From Nitrosomonadaceae bacterium (GTDB lineage: Bacteria > Pseudomonadota > Gammaproteobacteria > Burkholderiales > Nitrosomonadaceae), in assembly GCA_002721545.1 (NCBI GenBank), contig PBKR01000030.1:5150-69149 (forward strand): a stretch of DNA of 64,000 bases. Reading direction: 5' to 3'. The notes beneath the pieces are model-generated. The model saw nothing but the letters and a program-made list of their open reading frames with translations, made no database searches and was not told where the DNA came from. Made by a program: the position numbers and the translations under genes. The stretch's first letter is position 1, and each line of letters begins with the position of its first letter. Positions 22,192-32,878 of this stretch are shown here, in pieces.

Positions 22192-23436
22192 ATGAGTAAA
22201 CGACTAGATTCATTTGTATCTTGGATAGATAAGCGCTTTCCATTGACTGCTAATTGGAAGGCGCATCTTACCGAATACTATGCGCCAAAGAATTTTAATT
22301 TTTGGTATTATTTTGGTTCTCTTGCTATGTTAGTTATGGTAAATCAATTACTTACAGGCATCTTTCTTACAATGAATTATAAGCCAGATGCTAGTATGGC
22401 ATTTGCTTCTGTTGAATATATTATGCGTGATGTAGATTTTGGATGGCTAATTCGTTATATGCATTCAACTGGTGCTTCTATGTTTTTTGTAGTGGTATAT
22501 TTACATATGTTTCGTGGAATATTATATGGATCATATCGCCAGCCAAGGGAATTATTGTGGCTTATCGGCTCAATGATATTTTTTGTTTTAATGATGCTAG
22601 CATTTACTGGGTATATTCTTCCGTGGGGGCAAATGTCTTATTGGGGAGCCATGGTAATTATTAGCATGATTGGAGCAATTCCTGCAATTGGTGAGCCACT
22701 TTCCCAGCTCATACTAGGTGATTTTACACTTTCTGATGCTGCTTTGAACCGTTTCTTTGCTTATCATGTTGTGACGTTACCTGTTTTATTAGTAGCACTG
22801 GTAATGGTTCATATTATAGCTCTACATGAGGTTGGCTCAAATAATCCAGATGGTATTGAAATTAAAAAGAATCGTGATCCTAAGACGAATATTCCAGTAG
22901 ATGGAATTCCATTTCATCCTTATTACACAGTGAAAGATATATTTGGGGTTGTAGCATTCTTGATAGTATTTTGTGGCATCATATTTTTTGCACCAGAAAT
23001 GGGTGGATATTTTCTAGAGTATAATAATTTTATTCCGGCTAATACACTACAGACGCCTGATCATATTGCACCGGTATGGTATTTCACTCCATATTATTCA
23101 ATGTTAAGAGCTGCAACAGTTAATTTTCTCTGGATAGATGCAAAGATTTGGGGAATAATATTGATGGGTGGTTCAGTAGCAATCATTTGCCTGCTCCCGT
23201 GGCTGGATCGAAGTCCAGTAAAATCAATTCGTTATAAAGGACCTTACTTTAAAACCGCGATGGTTCTTTTTGTAATTAGTGTGCTTGTCCTAGGATGGCT
23301 AGGGACCAAGACACCTACTCCTTTATATACAACTCTTGCACAGATATTTACAGTTGTTTATTTTGCTTTTTTCCTTTTAATGCCATGGTATAGCAAGATA
23401 GATAAATGTAAGCAAGAGCCAAAAAGGGTGTCATAA
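22192..23436 (+). CDS. petB: cytochrome b
   Basis: Polytopic cytochrome b of the bc1 complex (WYYFGSL, RYMHSTGASMFF, PEWYF-like VWYFTPYY). Abuts the petA stop. Confidence 0.95.
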   Translation: MSKRLDSFVSWIDKRFPLTANWKAHLTEYYAPKNFNFWYYFGSLAMLVMVNQLLTGIFLTMNYKPDASMAFASVEYIMRDVDFGWLIRYMHSTGASMFFVVVYLHMFRGILYGSYRQPRELLWLIGSMIFFVLMMLAFTGYILPWGQMSYWGAMVIISMIGAIPAIGEPLSQLILGDFTLSDAALNRFFAYHVVTLPVLLVALVMVHIIALHEVGSNNPDGIEIKKNRDPKTNIPVDGIPFHPYYTVKDIFGVVAFLIVFCGIIFFAPEMGGYFLEYNNFIPANTLQTPDHIAPVWYFTPYYSMLRAATVNFLWIDAKIWGIILMGGSVAIICLLPWLDRSPVKSIRYKGPYFKTAMVLFVISVLVLGWLGTKTPTPLYTTLAQIFTVVYFAFFLLMPWYSKIDKCKQEPKRVS

Positions 23437-24173
23437 TGAAAAGAATGAGAGACTTGTTGTTTCTTTCTTTCTTTTTTCCATTGCTAGCATATGCAGGTGG
23501 AGCAGAAATAGTATTAGATCGTGCACCAATCAAAACTACAGATATATCTTCCTTGCAACGCGGTGCTAAAATATTTGTAAATTATTGTTTGACTTGCCAT
23601 AGCGCTAATTTTATGCGCTATAACAGACTAAAAGATTTGGGATTAAGCAAGACACAAATCAAAGAGAATCTTATTTTCACAGGGCAGAAACCTGGCGATC
23701 TCATGGAGGTTGCTATGAAAAAAAAGGAGTCTGAGAAGTGGTTTGGAGTAACTCCACCAGATTTGTCAGTAATCGCGCGCTCACGTGGTGTTGATTGGCT
23801 GTATACATATTTGCGTCAGTTCTATCGAGATGATTCTACTGCAACGGGTTGGAATAATTTGTTGTTTGATAGGGTTGCCATGCCTCATGTCTTATATGAA
23901 TTGCAGGGAGAGCAGCAGCTTATAATAGAAGAAATTGACGATGGGAAAGGTGGTAAGCATGACGTAAAGAAATTAGTTTTAAGTAAGCCAGGTACACTCA
24001 CCAAAACAGAGTATGATATTTATGTTGCTGATTTAGTTAATTATTTGTCTTATTTGGGGGAACCTCATGCAGCTCGTCGTAAACAAACAGGGATACTTGT
24101 TATGCTTTTTCTTCTGGGAATGCTAGGACTTACTTATGCGTTGAAGAATGATTTTTGGAGGGAAGTCCATTGA
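23436..24173 (+). CDS. petC: cytochrome c1
   Basis: Signal peptide, heme motif CLTCHS, C-terminal membrane anchor. 1-nt overlap with petB (TAATG). Confidence 0.9.
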   Translation: MKRMRDLLFLSFFFPLLAYAGGAEIVLDRAPIKTTDISSLQRGAKIFVNYCLTCHSANFMRYNRLKDLGLSKTQIKENLIFTGQKPGDLMEVAMKKKESEKWFGVTPPDLSVIARSRGVDWLYTYLRQFYRDDSTATGWNNLLFDRVAMPHVLYELQGEQQLIIEEIDDGKGGKHDVKKLVLSKPGTLTKTEYDIYVADLVNYLSYLGEPHAARRKQTGILVMLFLLGMLGLTYALKNDFWREVH

Positions 24174-24230
24174 TAGATGCTTATAGTCATGTTTGAGTGC
24201 AGAGTATTTTTACTGGTGAGGAATTAAGCT

Positions 24231-24830
24231 ATGATGACATTGTATTCAGCTACTACGTGTCCTTTCAGCCACCGCTGTAGGATAGTATTGTTTGAAAAAG
24301 GTATGGATTTTCAGATTATTGATGTGGACTTAGATAATAAGCCTGAAGATCTAGCAGTAATGAGCCCATATGGGCAGGTTCCTGTTTTAGTTGAGCGCGA
24401 GCTTATTTTATATGAATCTAATATTATCAATGAGTACGTTGATGATCGTTTTCCTCACCCACAATTGATGCCTGCAGATCCAGTTATACGTGCTCGTGCA
24501 AGGTTATTTTTATACCGATTTGAACAGGAACTTTTTTGTCATATTGATGCTGTAGAAAATGGAACACCAAAAGTGGCAGAAAAAGCTCGAGCAGCAATTT
24601 GTGATAATTTGACTTTGATTTCACCTGTATTTGCTAAGCAAAAACATATGTTGGGTGAGGAGTTCTCAATGCTTGATGTGGCAATTGCACCGCTCTTGTG
24701 GAGGCTTGATTATTATGGGATTAAATTACCTAAACAGGCTGCACCATTATTGAAATACGCTGAGCGTTTATTTAGTAGACCCCCATTTATTGAGGCACTG
24801 ACAGCTTCTGAGAAAGCAATGCGGAGATAA
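24231..24830 (+). CDS. sspA: stringent starvation protein A
   Basis: GST-fold sequence closely matching SspA (LYESNIINEYVDDRFPHPQLMP). Conserved position after petABC. Confidence 0.85.
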   Translation: MMTLYSATTCPFSHRCRIVLFEKGMDFQIIDVDLDNKPEDLAVMSPYGQVPVLVERELILYESNIINEYVDDRFPHPQLMPADPVIRARARLFLYRFEQELFCHIDAVENGTPKVAEKARAAICDNLTLISPVFAKQKHMLGEEFSMLDVAIAPLLWRLDYYGIKLPKQAAPLLKYAERLFSRPPFIEALTASEKAMRR

Positions 24831-24888
24831 AAATATCTAAACTATTATTTTTTATAATATAAGATACATAAATTTTAGCTCTGTTTGT

Positions 24889-24964
24889 GCCGGCATAGCT
24901 CAGTTGGTAGAGCAGCTGATTTGTAATCAGAAGGTCCCGAGTTCAATTCTTGGTGCCGGCACCA
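24889..24964 (+). tRNA. tRNA-Thr (anticodon UGU)
   Basis: 76 nt. Acceptor GCCGGCA/TGCCGGC, D-arm GCTCAGTTGGTAGAGC, anticodon loop TT-TGT-AA, encoded CCA. Confidence 0.9.
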
Positions 24965-24970
24965 TTAAAT

Positions 24971-25212
24971 CAAAGAGTTATAGGTTTATGCTTGTAGCTC
25001 TTTTTTCATTTGGCATAATTGTGGCACGCTCAACTACAAAATACCTTTTAACTTCGACACAATGAAAAGGGCACTTGTCAATATTAAGCTCGTGTGCTGG
25101 TTAGCTAATACTTAACAAACTACTCTACTTCCTATCTAGACAAATATCATTACAGGTATATAGTTATGTAATGTTATTTAGGAAAGATCCAATGAAAAGA
25201 CTATGCCTATTT
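24971..25212 (+). repeat. left copy of an inverted-repeat module (terminator + spacer + signal-peptide gene start)
   Basis: Aligns by eye with the reverse complement of 45684..45850. Shared blocks are CAAAGAGTTA, CTTGTAGCTC+T-run, TCTAGACAAAT, a 21-nt identical run GTATATAGTTATGTAATGTTA (25156..25176 = rc of 45720..45740) and AGAAAGATC.AATGAAAA. The left copy carries roughly 75 nt of extra spacer. Confidence 0.8.
24973..25006 (+). terminator. rho-independent terminator after tRNA-Thr
   Basis: 12-bp stem AAGAGUUAUAGG / CUUGUAGCUCUU (3 G-U pairs), 6-nt loop, then T6. Confidence 0.6.
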
Positions 25213-25767
25213 TCAATACTCATCCTAGCTCTTGTTTCTTGTTCAAGTAAGCAACTAGAGTCGGTGACCAGTGGCGCATGCGTAATAGACTCTGGCTCTT
25301 TTCCTGTTGGTTTTAATGCATACGTTGTGCCTGAAGGAAATCACCCATCTTATCCACCTTTCTGTTCACCTGTACCAGCAGGTTTGTTAAATATAGTAAT
25401 TGACCTATTCTCATTTGAGTTACGAGAACAGCCAATTGCAATTAAAGTAGTAAAAATAGAGCCAAATGAAGAGCAAGAAGCATTATCTATACCTTCTACT
25501 ACATATAATAATGGCAGCATCCCTATTATGATCTCATTAGAACCACGCAGTAAATATAATATTTTATTATTAGAAGGTAATCCAGATAAAGATATTGGCA
25601 CATCTCTTGTTACAATTCCGATAGAAACGCGCAGAAAAGGAGACTATGTCCATACTGGAAAAGCAGGCTCTGGTTCTAAATATGGATATCTATTTATAAT
25701 ATTTGGAATTGCAGGGGCAATAGTTTTAGCTTATAGGTATTTATTTAATGGTTCGTTTAGTAAATAA
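25192..25767 (+). CDS. hypothetical lipoprotein with C-terminal membrane helix
   Basis: Lipobox LALVSC after MKRLCLFSILI. C-terminal hydrophobic stretch YLFIIFGIAGAIVLAY. ATG 25192 is preferred to 25171. Confidence 0.5.
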   Translation: MKRLCLFSILILALVSCSSKQLESVTSGACVIDSGSFPVGFNAYVVPEGNHPSYPPFCSPVPAGLLNIVIDLFSFELREQPIAIKVVKIEPNEEQEALSIPSTTYNNGSIPIMISLEPRSKYNILLLEGNPDKDIGTSLVTIPIETRRKGDYVHTGKAGSGSKYGYLFIIFGIAGAIVLAYRYLFNGSFSK

Positions 25768-25965
25768 CTTATTTGCCTCATATATGTGTATCTTGCCCAA
25801 AATGCATTACCTTTTTTCCTCGACCATTTATTTTTTTGAGTGAGACTATGAAAATGAAGAGGGTGATTATCTGAATTTTTGCTTTGTGCCATAAGTAGAT
25901 GTTTGATCAAGGAAGTAAATCTATTCAAATTTGGCCCTCACGTAACCTCAAATAGATGGACAGAA

Positions 25966-26580
25966 ATGAAAGTTAACAGAAACAGACTCAATCGTGCTAT
26001 TGCGCTATTTGATGAGTTAAATAGCAAAGATCCTAATCGTGAAGTCATAAATGGAAAAGAGCAATCAAAAGAGTTACTTTACGCACATAGGGTAACAACA
26101 ATGCTAAAAAGTTATGTATCAAACCCATCAGAAATATTGCAGCTAGCAGCAAGATGTCAGCATGTTCAGCGATGGAAGGTTGGCCGCAGAAGCTTCCCCA
26201 TGACAAAAACTGGTTATTATCAGTGGCGTAAAAAGCTTAGAGACTTTCATGCTCATACTGCTGAAAAGATTCTTCGTGAGGTAGGGTATGAAGAAAGTGT
26301 GATTGACCAAGTTTGCTCATTGGTTAAAAAAGAAAAGCTAAAGACAGATATTGAATCGCAGACTTTAGAGGATGTTGTTGTACTAGTATTTATAGAAAAT
26401 TATTTAGAAGATTTTATCAATAAGCATAGTAATTTTGATGAAAATAAGATAATGGATATAGTAGATAAATCATTGCGTAAGATGACAATTAAGGGGCGCC
26501 AGACAGCATTAGCTATGCTGGAATCTAAATCAGGAAGTACACTATCATGGTACACTTCTAGGTGTCAGTATCATAAGTAG
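25966..26580 (+). CDS. DUF4202 domain protein
   Basis: The core (ELLYAHRV, LAARCQHVQRW...R..FPM...GY..WR..L..FHA..A..IL...GY, LEDVVVLVFIE) matches DUF4202 from memory. ATG 25966 is preferred to the ORF-track start 25879. Confidence 0.65.
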   Translation: MKVNRNRLNRAIALFDELNSKDPNREVINGKEQSKELLYAHRVTTMLKSYVSNPSEILQLAARCQHVQRWKVGRRSFPMTKTGYYQWRKKLRDFHAHTAEKILREVGYEESVIDQVCSLVKKEKLKTDIESQTLEDVVVLVFIENYLEDFINKHSNFDENKIMDIVDKSLRKMTIKGRQTALAMLESKSGSTLSWYTSRCQYHK

Positions 26581-26996
26581 AGAGTAATAAGGGCTATATT
26601 ATTGAGTAAGTGACACTACTACCGAAAATTAATAATTATTGTGTATGTAATAGTTTTATTTATTGTTCTTTTTTTTGATCATAGAGCTTCTTCTTTTTTG
26701 ATCAATTGGTTATGTGGATGATTCTATCTATCATAGAGAATAGATGTATAATTTAGTAAGATTTTTATATGCATATTAAGGGCAAGATTTATTACGCTGT
26801 CATAAAAAGAATCAATAGAATCAAATTAATAATCTAATCGTGAGTATTAATGTAAGAAATTATCAGGATTGAAATTATGATAGTTCTATTAAGATTTAGA
26901 AAATATCAAATATATTTTATGTGATTATATTTATAACGAAAAGGCTACTTAAAAGAGATAAAAGTTATTTTTCAAATGATAGGTGTTATAAAACTT

Positions 26997-27143
26997 ATGA
27001 AATATATAAAAACAAAAAAAAATACATCTGGTTTAAGCCTTCTTATGACAATGATTGTTGTTGCAATTATTGGAATTGTAGTGGAGGTGGTACTTGTATC
27101 TTATGAGAGATCTGTTGCGCAGGAACAGGTTATTAAGAAATGA
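26997..27143 (+). pseudogene. relic of a type IV pilin-like N-terminal domain (48 codons)
   Basis: Hand translation gives MKYIKTKKNTSG/LSLLMTMIVVAIIGIVVEVVLVSYERSVAQEQVIKK*. It resembles the prepilin leader plus N-terminal helix (G/FTLIELMIVVAIIGIL) but lacks Phe1 and Glu5 and has no globular domain. Confidence 0.35.
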
Positions 27144-27298
27144 ATTTATTCTCCATGGGGTTCTGCTTTATTGTATTTTCATGCCTTCTTAATGCCGCCA
27201 TTTGTTGTATGGGAGGGCGTGATAATTAACCATATCGTGGATAGGTAAAATAAGCTGTATTTGAATACAGCTCCTATACAGAAAAAAGGTCTATATTT

Positions 27299-29806
27299 AT
27301 GGCGCTATTAGTAAGATTTATTCATTTAGTATGTTTAGCCTGCCTAATTACTACCTTTGTCTGGTCCTATGCGCCTGCTCAGGAGATTTTGCCTGATAAA
27401 TCAGAAATTGAAGCTCCTGAAATTTTAGAGCCTAGAGTACAAGCAATTCCATTGGAAGCAATATCAGACCGTGCGGCAAAGACTAGTGTAGAGTTACGTG
27501 CTCTTCTTCCAACAACAGAATCAATTCAGATACTTAAACGTATCGATTTAGAGCTTGATCTTGCTCTTCCAGAAGTAAATTCATTACTAGCAGAAATTCG
27601 GGAGGAGCTTGCAGGTAAGCCTAATATCCGTACTTTACGCGAGCTTGAAAATAGAAATAGTAGAATTCTTAAGCAACGTATACAGCCATGGATTAAGGAA
27701 CTTGATGAAAAGCTTGTCGAAATTCAGAAATCCCTTCAGAAAACAGAAGAGATTGTAGCAATCTGGGCAGAAACTTCAGCTGAAGTAAGCTTGCAGGATA
27801 ATGTAGCTGAGACTACTGTGAAGAGAATAGCTTTAGTACGTAGTGATATTGATAAAGCGCGCTCAAAGATTGTAGAGCATCGCAATCAAATATTGGCTGT
27901 ACGTGATAAATTGATTATACCTAGTAGTTCTCTTGAAGCAGATTTTAAGCAGTTACAAAACTCTAATGGATCAATAATTAAAGGTATTTTCGGGGCTAAT
28001 AGGCCACCATTATGGAGCCCTTTAATACGTGATTCTCTGCAAAAAGAGTGGGCTTCGCTGGAGTTGCAGAAATTATTTTATAGGATTAAGAAAGATACAA
28101 GTGATCAAGCGCCTTTATTAAATTTCCAATTGTTATTATTTATAGTTTTGGCTCTTATTTTGTATTGGCTTCGCTCCCGTGTCCGGACAACTAATTCTGA
28201 TAAGGGCTATGATTTACAGAATGCTAGGGAAGTGTTTGAAGTGCCATTGGCAATGGCACTATTGATTACTGCAAGTTTTACTACTCCTTTGGATTGGTTA
28301 GGGACTAATAATGTAAGTTTTATTGTAGTTTCTCTTTGTGGTGTAGCTATTTTATCAATTATTAGACGCTTTCAGTTACCTATTGTTGCTCCATTAATAT
28401 GGGGGCTTATGATTATAGCTATCTTTGATCGAGTGGCACTTGATCTTTTAAGTACTTCGCCTACACTTGAACATGTTGTATTCCTAATTGAGATGATCGT
28501 AGCACTTGGTTTTTTATTTTGGTTTCTGAGATCACAACACCAAACTAAATCTTCCCCATTAGCCCCATTTCTACCACTTTTAAATTATGCAATGAGATTA
28601 GCTGCTGTAGTTCTAGCAGTAGCAATATTTTCTGATCTAATTGGATGGGATGATTTGGCCAGAGTACTTCGTGCTGGAATTCTTGGGGGTGGTTATGCGA
28701 GCATTGGAGTTTATGTATTATTTTTGGTATTTCAAAGCTTAATAGCTTTTGTGCTTCTTTTCCGGCCACTTAGCCTACTTCGTATGGTTTCAAGAAATCG
28801 GCAGCTCATTCGGAAACGTATTGGAGGAGCGATGAAAATAATTGCTATTGGTCTATGGGGAGTACTTGTGTTACGACCGATAGGTTTGCTTGATCTTATA
28901 TTAGATAATTTTACTAGAGTATTGAATGCAACCACTTCAATTGGTTCTATCTCTATCTCCTTGGGGGATATTATGGTATTCGTTCTAATTATTTGGTTCT
29001 CACGCTTGCTTGCACGTTTTGTAAATTTTGCTCTTCATGAAGATGTATTTTCAAGAGTTCGTACAGGTAGAGGTGTTCCTCAGGCTATTGCTGGTCTTGT
29101 ACGATATTCACTAGTCATTATTGGTTTCTTTGTTGCTTTGGCTGCTGCTGGAATTGAACTTACAAAATTAAGTATCATAGCAGGTGGTCTTGGTGTAGGT
29201 ATTGGATTTGGTCTTCAGAATGTAGTAAATAATTTTGTATCAGGCTTGATTCTGCTTTTTGAAAGACCAATTGGAGTAGGTGACATTATAGAGCTACCAG
29301 AAATATGGGGGGAAATGAAAAAAATTGGAATACGTGCAAGTGTAATCCGAAAATTCGACGGATCAGAAGTGATCGTTCCAAATAGTATGTTGGTATCTGA
29401 TAAAGTTGTGAACTGGACCTTAACAGACAGGGTTCGTCGGCTTGAATTAGATATTGGTGTCGAGTATGGGACGCCAGCCCAACAGGTGATTGATATTCTT
29501 GTGAAGGCAGCCAAATCTAATAAGAGGGTTTTTTCTGATCCTGAGCCCCGCGCTTTCTTCGTTAATTTTGGTGACAGTGCCCTTGAATTTAAGCTTTGGA
29601 CTTGGGTTGACGTTAACTATGGTTATTCAATTCATAGTGAACTAGCTATTGCAGTTCAGGAAGCACTAAAGCATGCATGCATCGGCGTTCCATTCCCACA
29701 ACGTGATCTTCATATAGTGAGCGAGAATAAGGGCCAAATTCCAGATTCAGATACAGGAGTATCTATATCTTCAAATCTAGCACCTACTTCAGGTTCTGAT
29801 AAATAG
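27299..29806 (+). CDS. large mechanosensitive channel of the MscS family (MscK/MscM-like)
   Basis: 835 aa. Signal peptide and coiled-coil periplasmic region, multiple TM helices, MscS pore/beta domain GLGVGIGFGLQNVVNNFVSGLILLFERPIGVGD. Confidence 0.85.
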   Translation: MALLVRFIHLVCLACLITTFVWSYAPAQEILPDKSEIEAPEILEPRVQAIPLEAISDRAAKTSVELRALLPTTESIQILKRIDLELDLALPEVNSLLAEIREELAGKPNIRTLRELENRNSRILKQRIQPWIKELDEKLVEIQKSLQKTEEIVAIWAETSAEVSLQDNVAETTVKRIALVRSDIDKARSKIVEHRNQILAVRDKLIIPSSSLEADFKQLQNSNGSIIKGIFGANRPPLWSPLIRDSLQKEWASLELQKLFYRIKKDTSDQAPLLNFQLLLFIVLALILYWLRSRVRTTNSDKGYDLQNAREVFEVPLAMALLITASFTTPLDWLGTNNVSFIVVSLCGVAILSIIRRFQLPIVAPLIWGLMIIAIFDRVALDLLSTSPTLEHVVFLIEMIVALGFLFWFLRSQHQTKSSPLAPFLPLLNYAMRLAAVVLAVAIFSDLIGWDDLARVLRAGILGGGYASIGVYVLFLVFQSLIAFVLLFRPLSLLRMVSRNRQLIRKRIGGAMKIIAIGLWGVLVLRPIGLLDLILDNFTRVLNATTSIGSISISLGDIMVFVLIIWFSRLLARFVNFALHEDVFSRVRTGRGVPQAIAGLVRYSLVIIGFFVALAAAGIELTKLSIIAGGLGVGIGFGLQNVVNNFVSGLILLFERPIGVGDIIELPEIWGEMKKIGIRASVIRKFDGSEVIVPNSMLVSDKVVNWTLTDRVRRLELDIGVEYGTPAQQVIDILVKAAKSNKRVFSDPEPRAFFVNFGDSALEFKLWTWVDVNYGYSIHSELAIAVQEALKHACIGVPFPQRDLHIVSENKGQIPDSDTGVSISSNLAPTSGSDK

Positions 29807-29988
29807 CCAGTATTTAATTTTTGGTGACATTATTAGGGTTTATGTTCGCTTATTTTTAATTAATCAATGATTTTAATCTACATAAAATAGATTTAAGTTA
29901 GCTTACCTCCTCCTTTTTAGTGATGTTAAAATTAGGATAGGCTGAAAATTATATAGTTTGTATTAGTATTTATGAAGGATATTAGATA

Positions 29989-32766
29989 ATGAGTTCCCAG
30001 TCTTCAACGAAGAAAATTGATGATAAGGATTTGCCGTTACGTGAAGACATTCGTATGTTGGGACGTATTCTAGGCGATACTTTACGTGAGCAAGAAGGCG
30101 TAGCTATTTTTGATTTGATTGAGAATATACGACAAACTGCTGTTCGTATACATCGCGAGCAGAATCCAGAAGCGCGTCATGATCTAAATAAACTTCTTAA
30201 TCAGTTATGTAATAGAGATACTGTAATGGTGGTCAGGGCATTTAGTTATTTGTCGCAGCTTTCTAACATTGCTGAAGATATACATCATAATCGCCGCCGC
30301 CGTGCACATCTTTGTGCGGGATCAGCGCATCAGGAAGGTAGTATTGCATTAGCTTTAGAAAGAGTAATAGAAGATGGGTCTTCTGCTAATATAGTAATTG
30401 ATTTTTTTAAAGAAACCGCAATGTCTCCAGTATTAACTGCTCACCCCACAGAAGTGCAACGAAAAAGCATATTAGACTGTCATTCAACTATAGCAAGTTT
30501 GCTAAATGAAAGGGATCGGTTACAGCTTACCCCGGAAGAATTAAAGAGTAATGAAGAGGGTTTACGTCGTGCTATCTTGACACTTTGGCAGACTCGTATG
30601 TTGCGCTTTGATCGCTTAACAGTAGATGATGAAATAAAAAATGGCCTGTCTTATTATCAACAGACTTTTCTTACTGAAGTGCCACATGTCTATGCAGAAA
30701 TCGAAGATATACTTGAAGGTAGTATGGGCAAAGATACCCCACACATTCCGCCTTTCTTGCGTATTGGTAGTTGGATAGGAGGGGACCGTGATGGAAATCC
30801 ATTCGTAAGTGATCAGACAATGCTGAGCGCAATTGAGCGTCAATCAGCTTTAGCACTTGATTATTATATGAAACAAACGCATCAAATCGGTCGTGAGCTG
30901 AGTCTGACTAATATTTTGGTTGAAGTGAGTGATGAATTGGAAGGGTTGGCTGCCTCATCCCCTGATCGAGCAGTGAGTCGTAAAGATGAGCCCTATCGGC
31001 GTGCATTAATTGGGATCTATGCACGTCTTGTTGCTACCAGTAAAAAGCTTGGTCACACAGTTACACCTCTTCGATCAGTTGACTTTGCTAAGCCATATAA
31101 AGAATGTACAGAATTTATTCATGATTTAGATATTGTTATTAATTCACTCAAATGCCATAAATCGGAATATTTGGCTAATGGATCATTACGTCATTTACGG
31201 CGAGCAGCTGAAGTTTTTGGTTTTCATCTTGCCTCATTAGATATACGCCAGCATAGTCATATTCATGAACATGTGGTAGCAGAATTGTTACAGAATGCTA
31301 CAGGAATTTCTTACTCAGAAATGAATGAAGCTGAACGTACCCAATGTTTACTTACTGAAATCAGTAATCCTCGTCCGCTATTTTCTCCTTATTTAAAGTA
31401 CTCAAAAATCAGTCAGAGTGAGATTAGTATTTTAAAGATGATGGCGGAGATCCATAGTAGGTTTGGTCATGATTCTTTGCCAAATTATATTATTTCTAAG
31501 GCTAATAGCACCTCTGATATTTTAGAAATAGCATTGTTGCTGAAGGAAGTTGGATTATTAAAAACAGGAGAGGATCCTAATTTACATCTTAATATCATTC
31601 CTTTGTTTGAGACAATTGCTGATTTACGAAACTGTATTGATATTATGGATGAATTATTTTCACTACCATATTATCGAAAATTACTTAATTCACGTGGTGA
31701 TGTGCAAGAAATAATGCTTGGGTATTCTGATAGTAATAAGGATGGTGGATTTTTAACCGCTAATTGGGAGCTTTATAAGGCCGAAACGGAATTAACAAAT
31801 CTTTTTTCTAAGCATTCAATTAAATTGAGATTATTTCATGGGCGGGGAGGTACAGTAGGACGCGGCGGAGGTCCGAGCTATCAAGCAATATTAGCTCAGC
31901 CGCCAGGCTCGGTTAATGGTCAAATACGTGTTACAGAACAAGGAGAAGTTATAAGTAGTAAATATGCTAACCCTGAAATAGGAAAGCGTAATCTTGAAAT
32001 ATTAGTGGCGGCTACTGTTGAATCTTCATTATTAAATCGGGATGTATCAGATACACATACAGAGAAATATTTTCAGGCTCTTGAGTCATTGTCACAAAGT
32101 GCATTCTCTGCATATCGGAATCTAGTATACGAAACTCCTGGTTTTGAACGTTATTTCCAGGAATCCACACCAATTAGAGAGATAGCAGGGCTGTTTATAG
32201 GAAGTCGTCCATCATCACGTAAAAAATCTGAACTTATTGAGGATTTACGAGCAATCCCATGGGTATTTAGTTGGAGTGTGAATCGCTCTACAATACCTGG
32301 TTGGTATGGCTTTGGTTCTGCTGTAGAGGAATTTATATCGTGTAAGGGTCATGGTGAGGATGGACTCAAATTATTACAAGAGATGTATAAAATTTGGCCA
32401 TTTATGCAAACGTTGTTATCTAATATGGATATGGTATTAGCGAAAACGGATATGAGTATTGCGTCAAGTTATGCTGAGTTAGTAACAGATAGTAAATTAC
32501 GTAACAAAGTATTGACTGGTATTCAAGAAGAATATGAGCGTAGTAAAAAATGGCTATTTGCTATTACAAAGCATAGCGAGCTACTCGCAGATAATCCTAC
32601 TCTTGCTCGTAGTATTCGTAACCGCACTCCATATATAGATCCATTAAATCACTTACAGATAGAATTGCTCCGTCGTTATCGTGCTGGCGATACTGATAAT
32701 TCAATAAAGCTCGCAATTCATCTAGCTATTAATGGGGTTGCTGGTTGGCTAAGAAATAGTGGCTAG
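29989..32766 (+). CDS. ppc: phosphoenolpyruvate carboxylase
   Basis: Ppc signatures VLTAHPTE, GYSDSNKDGG, FHGRGGTVGRGGGP and C-terminal LRNSG. Confidence 0.95.
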   Translation: MSSQSSTKKIDDKDLPLREDIRMLGRILGDTLREQEGVAIFDLIENIRQTAVRIHREQNPEARHDLNKLLNQLCNRDTVMVVRAFSYLSQLSNIAEDIHHNRRRRAHLCAGSAHQEGSIALALERVIEDGSSANIVIDFFKETAMSPVLTAHPTEVQRKSILDCHSTIASLLNERDRLQLTPEELKSNEEGLRRAILTLWQTRMLRFDRLTVDDEIKNGLSYYQQTFLTEVPHVYAEIEDILEGSMGKDTPHIPPFLRIGSWIGGDRDGNPFVSDQTMLSAIERQSALALDYYMKQTHQIGRELSLTNILVEVSDELEGLAASSPDRAVSRKDEPYRRALIGIYARLVATSKKLGHTVTPLRSVDFAKPYKECTEFIHDLDIVINSLKCHKSEYLANGSLRHLRRAAEVFGFHLASLDIRQHSHIHEHVVAELLQNATGISYSEMNEAERTQCLLTEISNPRPLFSPYLKYSKISQSEISILKMMAEIHSRFGHDSLPNYIISKANSTSDILEIALLLKEVGLLKTGEDPNLHLNIIPLFETIADLRNCIDIMDELFSLPYYRKLLNSRGDVQEIMLGYSDSNKDGGFLTANWELYKAETELTNLFSKHSIKLRLFHGRGGTVGRGGGPSYQAILAQPPGSVNGQIRVTEQGEVISSKYANPEIGKRNLEILVAATVESSLLNRDVSDTHTEKYFQALESLSQSAFSAYRNLVYETPGFERYFQESTPIREIAGLFIGSRPSSRKKSELIEDLRAIPWVFSWSVNRSTIPGWYGFGSAVEEFISCKGHGEDGLKLLQEMYKIWPFMQTLLSNMDMVLAKTDMSIASSYAELVTDSKLRNKVLTGIQEEYERSKKWLFAITKHSELLADNPTLARSIRNRTPYIDPLNHLQIELLRRYRAGDTDNSIKLAIHLAINGVAGWLRNSG

Positions 32767-32878
32767 ATAATATTCTTTTTATTTATTTGAATTTGAAGAT
32801 CAATGCAGTAATCAAGAAAAATAGAATAGTAAAATGTCATTGATATTTAGGCTTAACTTTTTATATATTGGAGGAGAA

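Noticed and set aside
24231-24964. sspA is not followed by sspB; tRNA-Thr follows instead.
   Set aside because: Noted as a deviation from the enterobacterial sspAB operon. sspB may simply lie elsewhere in the genome, so this is not treated as a finding.
26921-27106. 61-aa ORF in the AT-rich gap upstream of the mscK-like gene.
   Set aside because: Low-complexity AT-driven translation (KKYIWFKPSYDNDCCCNYWNC). It overlaps, in another frame, the pilin-like mini-ORF, which at least has a recognisable pattern.
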